The position numbers were made by a program, and so were the translations under genes. Shown here piece after piece: positions 16,884 through 28,600 of a stretch of DNA of 64,000 nt. Each line of letters starts with the position of its first letter. Position 1 is the first letter of the stretch. The notes below the pieces were generated by a model, which was given only the letters and a program-made list of their open reading frames with translations, had not been told where the DNA came from and ran no database searches. This DNA comes from Macrostomum lignano (taxonomy: Eukaryota): assembly GCA_002269645.1 (NCBI GenBank), contig NIVC01003297.1:41767-105766 (forward strand), in the 5' to 3' direction.

Positions 16884-19414
16884 GTTGCCTGTATGGTTCA
16901 AAGCCAAAATATTTAAAAATTGGACCTGGGACAAGACATAAGCCTAACAAGCAAGGGGACTATTATGTATAGGCCTACTTAAGCTTATAAGGTGGAGTCC
17001 TTATTGTCCCCTTGCTTCATTGCTTATTCTTTTCTATCAATCTAAAGTCTAATTTATGTAATCTTTTTTGCCAAATCTAGCTTCCTGGTGTCACTGTGAA
17101 CAGAATGAATTATCATTTGACATTTGTATAATATAGGTTATTTAAGCTCAACTTTTTTAAGCTTAAGTTGATACAATTGATAAGCCTAGGCCTTTTCTTA
17201 TCTGTATCCTATGTAGGCAATGACAGTGCCTATTTGTCCGGTATTGCCATATCGGATGAATAAATTTAACTATTATTTGTCCAGTACCAGATATAAAAGT
17301 AATCATAATTTTTTATGATTAGATAGTGCTGTTTCTCAGAAATTCTAGAACTTTGGGCAAAAAATACTTGGGCATAGTCTACACGTCATTGCCTGATCTA
17401 GCAGTTTTGTATAATTTTTACCTTTATTATATTTCATTCTATACATATCTGTATGTTTTGGTTTCACAGTAAACAGTAGTCATTGTACAATCAAAATTAA
17501 TAATGACATTTGTTGCTTTATAACACAAATGTTAAAGTAAGGACTTTGAGTTATTACAATAACAATTGGAGTTCTTACAATAAAAAAGTGGAATCATCAC
17601 TACAGATTTGAACTCAGTATTGACTGATCATCAAGAAGACACTCTAACATCACGCTAGTGTATTTTGCTAGAAAAGATGCGCAGAGTGGCATATAAATTC
17701 ATGTAGCTCAGCTGGTACCAAACAAATAACTTCACTATTATTTATCCGGTACCAGACAAATAATATTACTTTTATTTATCCAGTACCAGACAAACAGTCA
17801 TTGCCATATTGGCATATAAAAACCTAGAATAAAACAAAACATCATAAACAAAAACTGTTTGTTCAAACTGACATAATACAGCTATGCCTAGGTCCTATAT
17901 TTTTTCACTTTAATTCTTTGTTTTATTAAGACTAGTCTTTGAGCCCTTAAAAATGGCTATTTGGCCTCTGCTCTAAAATGCCTATTATAGAATAATTAGA
18001 ACAATTAGAATAACTATAGTCTATAACTTGCATAATTGAGTGACAAACTATAATAACTTTATATTATAACACTTATATTTTTTATATATATCAAAGACAA
18101 TTTTGGTTATAGATAGTCAAGTTTAAATGTTTTTAACTATAAACACTATGATGTTTTAAATTGTTTTAATTGAAGTCCTATTATTTTCTTTTAAAAAATA
18201 CTTCACAATATAAATTAAAAATGGTAAGCCTATAAAGTATAATAAAGACAATTAAAGTATTATATTGCAAAAGACGTATGATAACAAGCAGTGTAGGCCT
18301 AATGTCAATCAAATCAGAGATAAAAAGTATCTTTATTATTCTAGCAAAATTTTTGTTGCTTAACATAGACATAACATAGACTTAACATAAATAGAAAACA
18401 AAGGAAAGCCCTAGGATTTTTTTTACTCTATTGGTCTTGGTCATTGGTGATAATAGTTAAGATCCTAGTCAAACTCAAATTGTCAATTGGCATTTTGTCA
18501 ATTAGGAAGCCATTGCCTCCTCAATATTGAGCCTAGGGAGAGATTTTAAATCAATATAGCCCTATTAGAATCATTATAGTCTATATATAATATAACTATA
18601 TAATATCAATTTGAAAATATTTTATATTTTATTGAAAATTGATAGCATAGGCCTATTATTATGTTTATTGCCCTGCACCTAAGTCACAATCATATCAATT
18701 ATTTATTATGAAATAAGAATATTATTTTATTATAATTTTATCAGCAGTTAATTACATGTATTCAACTGATCAATAATCAAAGTATAAGTTTTCATTCTTA
18801 ATCATTAGAAAAGTAATGACACAATGGCACTAATTTAAAAATTCTTCTGTTTGAAAGGTGCAATCTGCCTTTTTGCATTAAAGTTCCATTGGTCAAGAAG
18901 GCTTTTTCTAATAAGTTTATCTGTTAAGTAATTTAAAAAACTAAAATGAAAATTCTTACAAGACTTTGTTTTCACTTGGGTTTAAAAAGATGCCATGCAA
19001 TGCAAGGCAATAAACAAATTAATGAATTACTTTGGTGTTAGTCATTGCACTATTGTCGGTGGTTTCATTTACTCTTGCATTTACCTTAGGTTATTGTCTG
19101 CCACTAAGCAGTCCCCTTCTCTTTGGTCAGCCTATTCTCCTGTCTTCTCCTTTTTCTCTGGGCTTTTGTTTGTAGCCACAGACATCTTTGTTATGGTATG
19201 CTCTTGGTTCACTCCATTTCTAAGGTCATGGCTAGTGGCCTATTTAGTAGTAGTAGTTCCTTTATTATGTGAGCTAATCATATGGTAAGCCTTGCTTTCT
19301 TGGAGCCCAAAGTGCAGTAAACATGTTTACTGCATTTGTTGGCCTATGTTTATAGGGGAATATTGTGTCCTAAGACCTTTGCCTTCTCTAAGTTTTTAAG
19401 GTGGGGGGATGAAA

Positions 19415-20283
19415 TCCATATACTAAAAATCTAGTATACTAAACATGAAAAATTTATTAGTTGCTTGCTTGCTTGTATGCAGTCAATTATTTCCCAAATA
19501 GCTCAACCAATTTTTTGCCATTTCTTCACTATAAGATATCAAATATGCCTAAAACAATAATGTTATATCAAATAATACTTAAAATACCACTAATTGACAA
19601 AAATGTTGTCAACTATAGGGTAGAAAGGCTAGACGCAAACTTAAGAGGGCAGAGAGGCAGACTCAAGGTGACAAAAAGGCAGACTCAAGAGGGCAGAGAG
19701 GTGGACTCAAGAGGGCAGAGACAGAGAGACAGACTCAAGGGAGCAAAGAGATAGACAAGGAGGCAAAGAAGCAGACTCAAGGGGGCAGAGAGGGAGACTC
19801 AAGGGGATAAAGAGGCAGATTCAAGGGGGCAGAGAGGCAGACTCAAGGGGGCAGAGAGGCAGACTCAAGAGGGCAGAAAGGTGGACTCAAGAGGGCAGAG
19901 ACAGAAAGACAGACTCAAGGGGGGCAGAGAGATAGACAAGGGGGCAAAGAGGTAGACAAGGGGGCAAAAAAGCAGACTCAAGGGGGCACAGAGGGAGACT
20001 CAAGGGGGCAGAGAGGCAGACTTAAGGGGGCAGAAAGGCAGACTCAAGAGGGCAGAGAGGTAGACTCAAAAGGGCAGAGACAGAGAGACAGACTCAAGGG
20101 GGCAGAGAGGTAGACAAGGGGGCAAAGAAGCAGGCTCAAGGGGGCAGAAAGGGAGACTCAAGGGGATAAAGAGGCAGATTCAAGGGGGCAGAGAGGCAGA
20201 CTCAAGGGGGCAGAGAGGCAGACTCAAGGGGGCAGAGAGGCAGACTCAAGGGGGCAGAGAAGCAGACTCAAGGGGGCAGAGAG
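19415..20283 (+). mobile_element. 5' part of a Helitron-B-like copy with a 22-bp satellite (GACTCAAGGGGGCAGAGAGGCA)n at ~19625-20283
   Basis: A|TCCATATACTAAAAAT..TTGCTTGCTTGCTTGTA matches the family B 5' end (reverse complement of 58030-58080). No 3' end was found. Confidence 0.6.
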
Positions 20284-20737
20284 ATGCAATGTAAATGATG
20301 GGTTTTCTATAAAAAAAACTTTCAATGAACTCAATCTAAGAGTTGCTAAGACTAAGACTTTGTCTATCTTATTCATGTTGTCAATTATCATTAACTCTAT
20401 CAAACTTAAAAAATTTAAGTGAATTGTTTGAAGTTGTAAAAGTTTGCATAATCATGTTATTCACAAAACTGATAATATTATTATTTGTTAGTTAGATAGT
20501 CATGACATTAAGAAAAATAACATGCTTTAGCAACAGATTATCATTAAAAGTAAGACAAATCTATGATAGTATGTCATTTATATGCTTATTTAGTTCTTTT
20601 AATAATTTGACACACAAACTAGTTTTTAGAAAAGAATGTTTTCAAACTAGTTAACTGGTTCTCAAAAAGGAATAATGTTTGCATCTTTACCCTTTACCCT
20701 TGTTTCTATCAAGGGTTTCTCCAATTTCCAAACTTGT

Positions 20738-22655
20738 CATTATCATATAGACTATCGTTTTTTAATGCATTTTTTAATGAAGCTGTTAAGTCACAATAAA
20801 TTGCCATAGATTATGAGCGAGAAATTCACTGTTTTTATTAATTTAAGCAACAAGAACTTTAACAGGAAACAGATCGAGGATATAGCAAAGCAAACGAATA
20901 CCAAAGTATTTGATTTTCGACAGTTAAGACTTATAAGTACGAGCTATATATTCTTTGTTAGAAGTTGAACGTGCACCCATCGAAGAGGCAGTTGGCAAAC
21001 ATCGGCTGTTGCACACTTCGCAGGTCAACTTGAGCTTGCTGCATGACTGTTGCACTAGTGGTTGCACTCGTAGTCGCATCGGTTGGTGGGGCCAAATTGT
21101 CACTAACAGCGGTAGCAACCTTCCTGAGGGTTCTGTCACGCTTGCGTGCGCGATAACGTCGAACAGTGGACTCCGATCGTTGTCCCGTTACCGCCATTAT
21201 CTCCCCCATAGGCATTCCTTTGTCGAAAAGATCCGCAATACGCGTGACGCGTATGCAGTGATTCGTGTACTGCTTGGAGAGGTTGCACACACTACTAACG
21301 TGCTTCATGAATGCAGCCAACCAATTGACACCGCGCACTTGCGTAGCAGAGAATCGAATTTGTCCTCCCGAATTGTTAGTCAGAGGGCGCGGAAAGAACG
21401 AGGACGAATTCTGCGGTAACAAACTCTGATAATGCAGGATCAACTCCCGCTGAGCGCCGTAGATCCGACTCTGTTTGCGCTGATTTCCCTTGTATTTTGT
21501 TGGATCGCTAGTCTGGTTTTTTGTCTTTAACGGCGGCAACGCAAGATATGGATTCCCATCAGCGTCGACTTCTTCTTGGAGCGTGCCAACTTGCTTTAGA
21601 CTTGACAGGTGTTCTTGACCTCTCTCGCCCAGGACATACAGCAGCATAAATAGTACTTCATCTTGCAACCGTTCAGCTGTAGAACGGTCAAAATAAGCAT
21701 GCATTTTCTGTAAATCACCTTCTTCTATTGGCTCGTGCTGATTGACAGTGCCTCCATCAGCATGAAAATGCCGCACCTTTACTTGCAGCATCCGGTTGGC
21801 AGTGGCAAACTCGTCACTGGAAATAATATTTGTTCGACGCTTCAGCACGAAAGTCAAGTACCTCTGCACTCCAGCACGAATGCAGACCAACGTAGCTGGC
21901 GAATAGCAACTGCCGTCAGATTTTTTTAGACAGAAGTAAAAGAACCTTAAAAATTCGGCCAAGCGACTGTCACTGATCACGCTCACATCCACAGCACCAT
22001 GCTTCTTCAAAAACTCCACGAACATTTTGCCATACAGAAACATGTGTTCTCGTGTAGTGCTCGGCAGTGATTCCAGTTTGGCAACATCCATTGCACTGGG
22101 TAAATCAGATAGTTCTGGAAGCTCGACACTAGAAACCGCAGCGGCCTCATCAGCCGTCTCGATTTTAGTCAGGTAGTCGATAAAATCTCCAAGAATTTCA
22201 TCGGAACTGTGGTTCACGGCGCTCAGTTCACTCAGAAAATCTAGTTCAGTAGACGAGACGCCATCTAAACTGTCGACCGGTAGGTTTTTCCAGTTGATAA
22301 GAGGCATTTTTAATTCGATTTCTCTCGCTTCTTGCTTTTAGTTCTTAACTTCCTAATTAACAGACTTCATGGTCGAGCTTTTCTTTTAGAGAACTGTATT
22401 CTAAAAAATTGTCTATGCTCCCTTGACCCTGCTCACTGCCGAGCCAATATCTATGGCACGAAGACACTGCAGCGTTACTTAATGGCGTGGCTTAATGGCG
22501 TTACATAATGATCAACCGAAAACGCTAGTCTATATGATAATGCGATTATGTCTATGGTTTCAGAATTAAATAATGATCAGCAGTCACTCGTGGCTTCGCC
22601 ACTCGTGACTGCGATCATTATCCAAGTCTGAAACCTAGACTTAATCTACCATTAT
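20738..22655 (-). mobile_element. Crypton-type tyrosine recombinase DNA transposon, apparently complete (1918 bp)
   Basis: 6-bp direct repeat CATTAT at both ends (20738-20743, 22650-22655). A 24-bp inverted repeat (20738-20761 vs 22519-22542, 1 mismatch) and a 10-bp inverted repeat (20802-20811 vs 22449-22458) flank the YR ORF. A long hairpin occupies 22537-22655. Confidence 0.8.
20958..22307 (-). CDS. Crypton-family (DUF3504-like) tyrosine recombinase, 449 aa, intronless
   Basis: N-terminal LAEFLRFFYFCLKKSDGSCYSPATLVCIRAGVQRYL; catalytic-type motifs GERG, KTKN, YTNHCIRVT, MAVTGQRSESTVRRY; C-terminal FANCLFDGCTFNF tail typical of animal Crypton/KCTD1-like proteins. Confidence 0.92.
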   Translation of the reverse strand: MPLINWKNLPVDSLDGVSSTELDFLSELSAVNHSSDEILGDFIDYLTKIETADEAAAVSSVELPELSDLPSAMDVAKLESLPSTTREHMFLYGKMFVEFLKKHGAVDVSVISDSRLAEFLRFFYFCLKKSDGSCYSPATLVCIRAGVQRYLTFVLKRRTNIISSDEFATANRMLQVKVRHFHADGGTVNQHEPIEEGDLQKMHAYFDRSTAERLQDEVLFMLLYVLGERGQEHLSSLKQVGTLQEEVDADGNPYLALPPLKTKNQTSDPTKYKGNQRKQSRIYGAQRELILHYQSLLPQNSSSFFPRPLTNNSGGQIRFSATQVRGVNWLAAFMKHVSSVCNLSKQYTNHCIRVTRIADLFDKGMPMGEIMAVTGQRSESTVRRYRARKRDRTLRKVATAVSDNLAPPTDATTSATTSATVMQQAQVDLRSVQQPMFANCLFDGCTFNF

Positions 22656-23769
22656 TGTTCTCTAAGCCTCTAAGTCTTCCATGCTAGTTCCAGTTGCCTT
22701 TTAAGCTATTTATAATTTGCCTGACTAAACTCAGATGCCTAAGCCTAAATGAGGCTAACACAACCATCCATTGCGCCTGGTAAGATCTGTTGACTATGTA
22801 GAATGCCTTGCTTATTAATCTGCAAATCTGCAGAGTGCTGAGTTTGTTGACTTGTTTATTTCATTCCTATAGGAGGCTTATCAAAGGCCAAGGCCTAAAG
22901 GAACTGTTAGCAGCACTACCTATGCTACTAAGAAGGCTTCTAGAGTTCTGATCAGATAGGATAGAGAGCCACTAAACCACTGTTAGACTGGTGGAGAAGC
23001 ACAGGTACATACTAGTTTTGGGCCCAATTATGTTTATTTTACATCAGATTTACAATAGTGTTTATTAAAAAACTAAAATTTGTTTGTTATACAAAATGTT
23101 TGTCTATATCCTAATCCCAGGATTGCAATCCCTTCCATAGGGTAAATTGGGCATTCAAATTTGAAAATGAAAATATGCATGATCCATTTGAAGGCTTAGT
23201 GGAAAGGCAAGAATTGCCTTTTTGTGAAAAAAAAGATTGCAGGCACACAGTTTTAGCAGCTTGTGCTGCACTTACTCAGCCTCCACTGAAGCCCATTGGC
23301 TAGATTCATTGGCATATATTTTATTAGCTAAAGACTTTTAAAACCTTAATAATAAAATTGATATATATTGTTAGGATTTTATATAGAAATTTCCCAGAAT
23401 CCTGCTAGGTCTAGATCTCTAATTTAAATAGCAGTGAAGTATAATACACTTATTAATATTTGTGATTTACTGAATCTTATAGCATTGTATAGAATGCCCA
23501 ATGTAAAAAAAGATAGCCATATAGGATTTTTTCACCATTAGTAATAATTTCTTGTCTACAATCTTTTATTTTATGATTTTCAGTAAATAATTTCAAGTAT
23601 TTAAGTTCAAACACCTAAGATATTATGAAAAAATGTAAGCTTGTCCATGCAAGGTGTTACAATTTTTGTATGATTATCAAAAATCCAAAAAAACTTATGA
23701 AAAATTTTAATTCTGATTTTGATTCTAAAGTAACAGAAGATTAATTGGCCATTGACTGCAATCATAAGC

Positions 23770-24920
23770 TGGTAGTAGTCCAGGAGTAGATCCACCTAGT
23801 CTTGGAGAGCACTTTGGGAGATTCTCAAAAACAATTGCAATGTCTTCACAAATGCCTTCAACATTGTCTTCGGTGTTTTTAACCTCTTGACAGCCATTGA
23901 AAGTCATGCCCCAGCATGTGTCAGAAAGGTGGTGGGCCAGTGAGGCCATGCCCCCCCCCCCACTTGGGGGGCACACATAGTACCTGCCCCCACTTTTTAG
24001 CAACTTTTGATATATTTTTCTCCAAAAGGAGTGCTAAAATTGTTATAATTATCTGATCAATATAAATATTTTCTACTTTATGAGAGGTGGAGACTAAAAT
24101 ATGGATTGGATCGGGTCAGATTCAGGATCTGAAATCTGTAAGATCAGCCATTAATTGATTATATCTAATGAGTAATGATCATATGCATCAGAATGGGAGG
24201 CATGACCCCCACTTTTAAAGTGTGGGAGGGATTAATGGTGCTTGACCCCCCCCCACTTTTTTAAATGTTCCGACGCCTGTGTGCCCCAGCATGCAATCTT
24301 TAGCCAAAGGAATAGAAATTGGTCATACAGGTTCAGATTGGTACTGTAGAGGCTCTCGCAAATCACATTAACATAGTGCTCTTTCTGGTAAATCTGAAAG
24401 AGTTGTGCAACATGCAGTCAAGCATTGTCCATTTGCAAGCTGATCTCGCTCAGTCAGACTAGGCTAGGTTGGAGTGCAGAGTATGCCGCAGGTTCCAGTT
24501 CACCAGAGGTAGCTCACCATCTGAGGGTCTCTCTGAGGCAATGCAGTCACTGAGAATCGCTTCTTGACTGTAAAAATGACCATCAGCAGGGACTTCCGCT
24601 TCGTCATGGCATTCGGGCGCACGATCTGCTTACAGGGCTCTCCCCTCTCAAGCCAAGTCCTGTTGTCGGTCTTGATTCCGAGCATTCCAGGACACCTATG
24701 TCTAGAACATATAGTCTTGCACAGCGTACAGATCGTGTGGGGTACCCACACCGCATAGCCACCTCAGCTGCAGGTCCTCTCGAAGGATGCGAAGTATTGT
24801 GCTATGGTCACTACTCAACTGCTCAGCTAGATCACGAAACGAAAGGTGGGGATCCTCACACACTATCTCCTTCACCTTCATTGCCAGCTCACCTGTCCTT
24901 GAGCCTGAAGACACTCAAGG
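23770..24920 (-). pseudogene. Decayed mariner-type transposase, interrupted by a ~360-bp insertion (23919-24281)
   Basis: HTH region (IVCEDPHLSFRDLAEQLSSDHSTILRILREDLQLR..WVPH), then STNLNLYDQFLFLWLK..GMTF..EVK (degenerate YSPDLAPxD motif). A direct repeat TGCCCCAGCATG (23907-23918, 24282-24293) flanks the insert. Confidence 0.75.
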
Positions 24921-25672
24921 GTTTTGAGCCTGGCTCTAAGTGAGTTTTTGTCGTAGCGAGCCAGTTTTTTGGAAGCAAGTTTGTTCCAAAGTATTTATCG
25001 GTATCTGCCTAATTTCTGAAGCTAATATTTGCCCTTCTAGCAAATATTAGCAGAATCTAAAGGTTACTAGGACCGGATTCACGCGAGTGACTAACCAGAG
25101 AAGTGTGAGAAAAAGGGTACAAGTCAATAACAAATAATAAACCCAGACCTGGGGCAGATGGCCCCGCCAGCTAATCCACAAAACCACCCACTTGGCCAGC
25201 CAATCAAAACTCCACCTGGGGGTGGTTGTAGCACCCGCGCCAAAGCCGGTCCGGCCGCAGCCAACCAGCAAGGGCACATGCACTACAGAAGAGTAGGTCA
25301 ATCAGAAAAGCTTTTTAATATGTTGTCTCTATTTTGCTCAAAAGCATAGTCTGACAATTGATACCCTTATGATAATGATGCTGATAATTAAAGTCAAAGA
25401 ATTAAGAAAAGTTTTAGGTGTATTTTTATGAATACATATTCTACATTATTTACTGAATCTTGTAATATCACACACTGATAATATATATTGTTAAATGCTC
25501 TGTTCCAGAACCGCTGGATGCTACAGTGAACAGTTCCTGAATTTTCATTTAAAATATACTATCAGAAGAGCGTTGCAGAGACTGAATTATATTGATCAAT
25601 ACTGTTAAAAGCAGCACGGATACTCAATAGAAACACTTAATTCTCAGAAGCAAGACCAGAGGAGCCACTGCA

Positions 25673-28600
25673 ATGCTACCAGCCCTTGATCCTTTGCATA
25701 TCCTTGCTCTGCACTGCAACCAGTGTCCTTTTCTAACCCTTAGCGTGGCCCGGCTATTTGAACACTGCATGAGCCACAAGGATTCCAGCGACTGCACACT
25801 GCTGCAATGCCAACAGTGCGGCATTGTTGCCACCCACCGGGGCATACTGGAAGAGCACACCCAGGCCTGGCATCCATCTGCGCCACTCTCTGTCAGGCAG
25901 ATTTCCACTACTACTGTACAGGTATGCGGTAGCTTAATGAACAAATCCACGTTAAAGATTTTTGGTGAAAAGCTTCGTTCTCATCGATTAGTATTGGTTT
26001 TTAAAAAACCTTTTAGTAGACTTACTAAAGGAATGGAAACTTGCACTCGCAGCGCCACAATAGATTCGCGTGCACCTTAAACTCTTGGGCACATAATAGC
26101 ATCTCATTTTGAAAAGATCATAATTACAGAGCTTTAAACTTAAAAAAACGAAGTCCTGAACTTTCATAGTGCTGCAGATAAACAAAGTACCCTATTGCAT
26201 TGGACTATAACGTGGGTGCCAGCTTAGAGATATTTTTTATTTTAAATAATCTTTCAATGTCTCCACTGTAACGATACCGCATTTGATAAACAGGCCGCCG
26301 GCTCCACCAACGGCCGGTTGCAGTTTCCGCGCTACGGCTGCCAGTTTTGCAGCTTTCGTAATGACGACCATGTCAAGGTGAGCCGGCACTACCTGTCCGT
26401 GCACAACATCACCAACGTGGATTTGCACGCCAAGGCGGCCGCTGTTGATGGCTTTGGTGAAGACTTCGCCCAGCAACAGCAGAACCATAGCCTGTGTAAT
26501 CAGCAGTCACCACGGCTGCAGCAGCGCAAGCAGCAGCAACAGGAGTCTTCGCCACTGCCAGCAGCCTCCGTGCAGCTCGTACAGCTCTCCACCTCTGCAC
26601 CTTGTATGTCATCAGCTCCGACCTCGGCAGCTGCCGCTTCCACCTCACCTCTGTCGGCGATTCTCCCAACAGTGACCTTGATTCGGCAGCCGCAGCAGCA
26701 GCAACAGCAGCAGTTTTTGTTACAATCTGGCTCCATGTCGGCGGCGGGGTCTTCAGCAACTGCGACTGCTCGCTCGGCGTCCGATGATAGCGGATACGAG
26801 GCGGAGCCCCAGCTGCCGCTGCTGCCTGGCATTGGCAAAGTGGAGATTCTGGACGATTCTGAGCCAACAGCATCAGGCGAAGAGGACTTGGTGAGTTAAT
26901 GAGCATGTGTTCAATGATTATCAATGATGATTGGTGAGTTGTGTTATGAGCATGTGTTCATTGACTCATTGACTGACTGTATGGTGAGTGTAAAAGAATG
27001 TATCGTGAGCATTTGGATTTGCAGTTGTCCTTTATTGCGTTTTTCGTAACCCGAATCGCTTTTCATCCAAGCTACAGTTCAGTCTGTTTACCTTCAAGTA
27101 AAGAAACAGACCCTCTTGGGTATTGGCTTAGTTGCAAGGGTGGCTGTAGCCCCTGAGTGGCCCCTGAGTGAGTGCGTTTTCCCTAGCTTTTGTCCCAACC
27201 CAACCTTACCCATTCTCACATCCCGTACTCACCGCATTTTTGTCCCTTTCCACTCCCTTCGCTCTCGCCTTTGCTCACCTTCCTCCAACCCCCTGAGTTC
27301 CCGGCCCCCTTAGCGCCACCACGGTCGGGGTGGCCTGTAAACTGTTCGCAAGCCTAGCCGGGTGGCTTTTCTCCCATTCCACCCCGGAATCAACTGCCTC
27401 TCAGCTCCTGGTCCCCTTCGTCCCCTTCGTGTTGCCCAGCCTCGACGACCTCCCATTTTTCTGTCCAACCTCGGGACTGGATATATATGACGCTCTCCCT
27501 CTATTGCGGCTGTGAGGTAAGGGGGACAGGAGAACGTAGGATAGTGAGGGTCCCCGTAGCTCTGTTAGCTCCCCTTCCGCCTCGTCCCCGCTGCATTCCC
27601 TTTTCTCCCCTTTCTCCCCTGTGCGGCCCTTTTTTTAATGCTTTGCCCCAGGACGCTAGGCAAGCAACAAGTAGTTGGGTTTGGGAGAAAACAGAAGTGT
27701 TGGGTTTGGGACCCTACACTAAATGAAATATTTGTGCCATTCCTGACCGAGAGAACTGTATTGGGACTCCTGTTACATTGGTATGGCTAGATATATATTT
27801 TGTTGGTTGGGTGGCTTGAACATACTTGGAAACCGCGCCTTGCTGCTATAAGGGATTTTGTATGTCGGTAATCTGGGACTGGGATGCTTAAGGCAAATGT
27901 TACACTGCTTGTCCTTATTTTTTACTGCTCATCCTGGGTGAAGTGCGGTGTGTATAGACTGTACTTCTACATACTGATACACTGATACATAATATTAATG
28001 TATTGTAATTGTAATGTATTGTAACTGGTCGATACAATCATCAGATGCTTGATTTAATATTGAAATGAGTTTGCAATTTACCACTGCCATTTAACAATCG
28101 CTAGGCTATATACAATAAATACCAAGTGAGCTCATATCGAACTATTAGACGAGCTCTTGTACAGGGCGCAGGTTTTTGGCCAAGGCTAAGTAAAGGAAGC
28201 GGGCGGCGCTGCTTGGGAGGTGGCTCTGCCCCTCTCCCCCGGTGTGCCACGCCATGGCCTGCTGGCGCCCCTTGCCTCTTTTCCTCTCCCTCTCAGGATC
28301 TTTTCTGTGCTCTCTTCCCCTTCTCTCCCATTGCCCTAGTGGCCTGAAAGCCCCCTAGCCTGCCCAGCCCTCAGCCGCTTCCCTTTAACGGCCCCGGCCC
28401 CGCACTACAGTGTACGTGGGCACTATGCCTGGCCCAGCCAGGGCACAGGCACGAGTGGCTTTGACTGGGGGGAGGGTGGCGACTAAAGCCCACATTGTAT
28501 TAGTCAGCCCGCATTCTGCCTTGGCCCCACATGTTTATTCCTGTTTCTGCACTCCTTCGCCTATGGTTTGGCTAGTACAGGGCAAGCTGCCCCATATGAT

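Noticed and set aside
20924-21929. ORFs antisense to the tyrosine recombinase, and likewise those overlapping the CACTA transposase, zinc-finger exons and RTE
   Set aside because: Shadow frames of real GC-richer coding sequence with no domain motifs.
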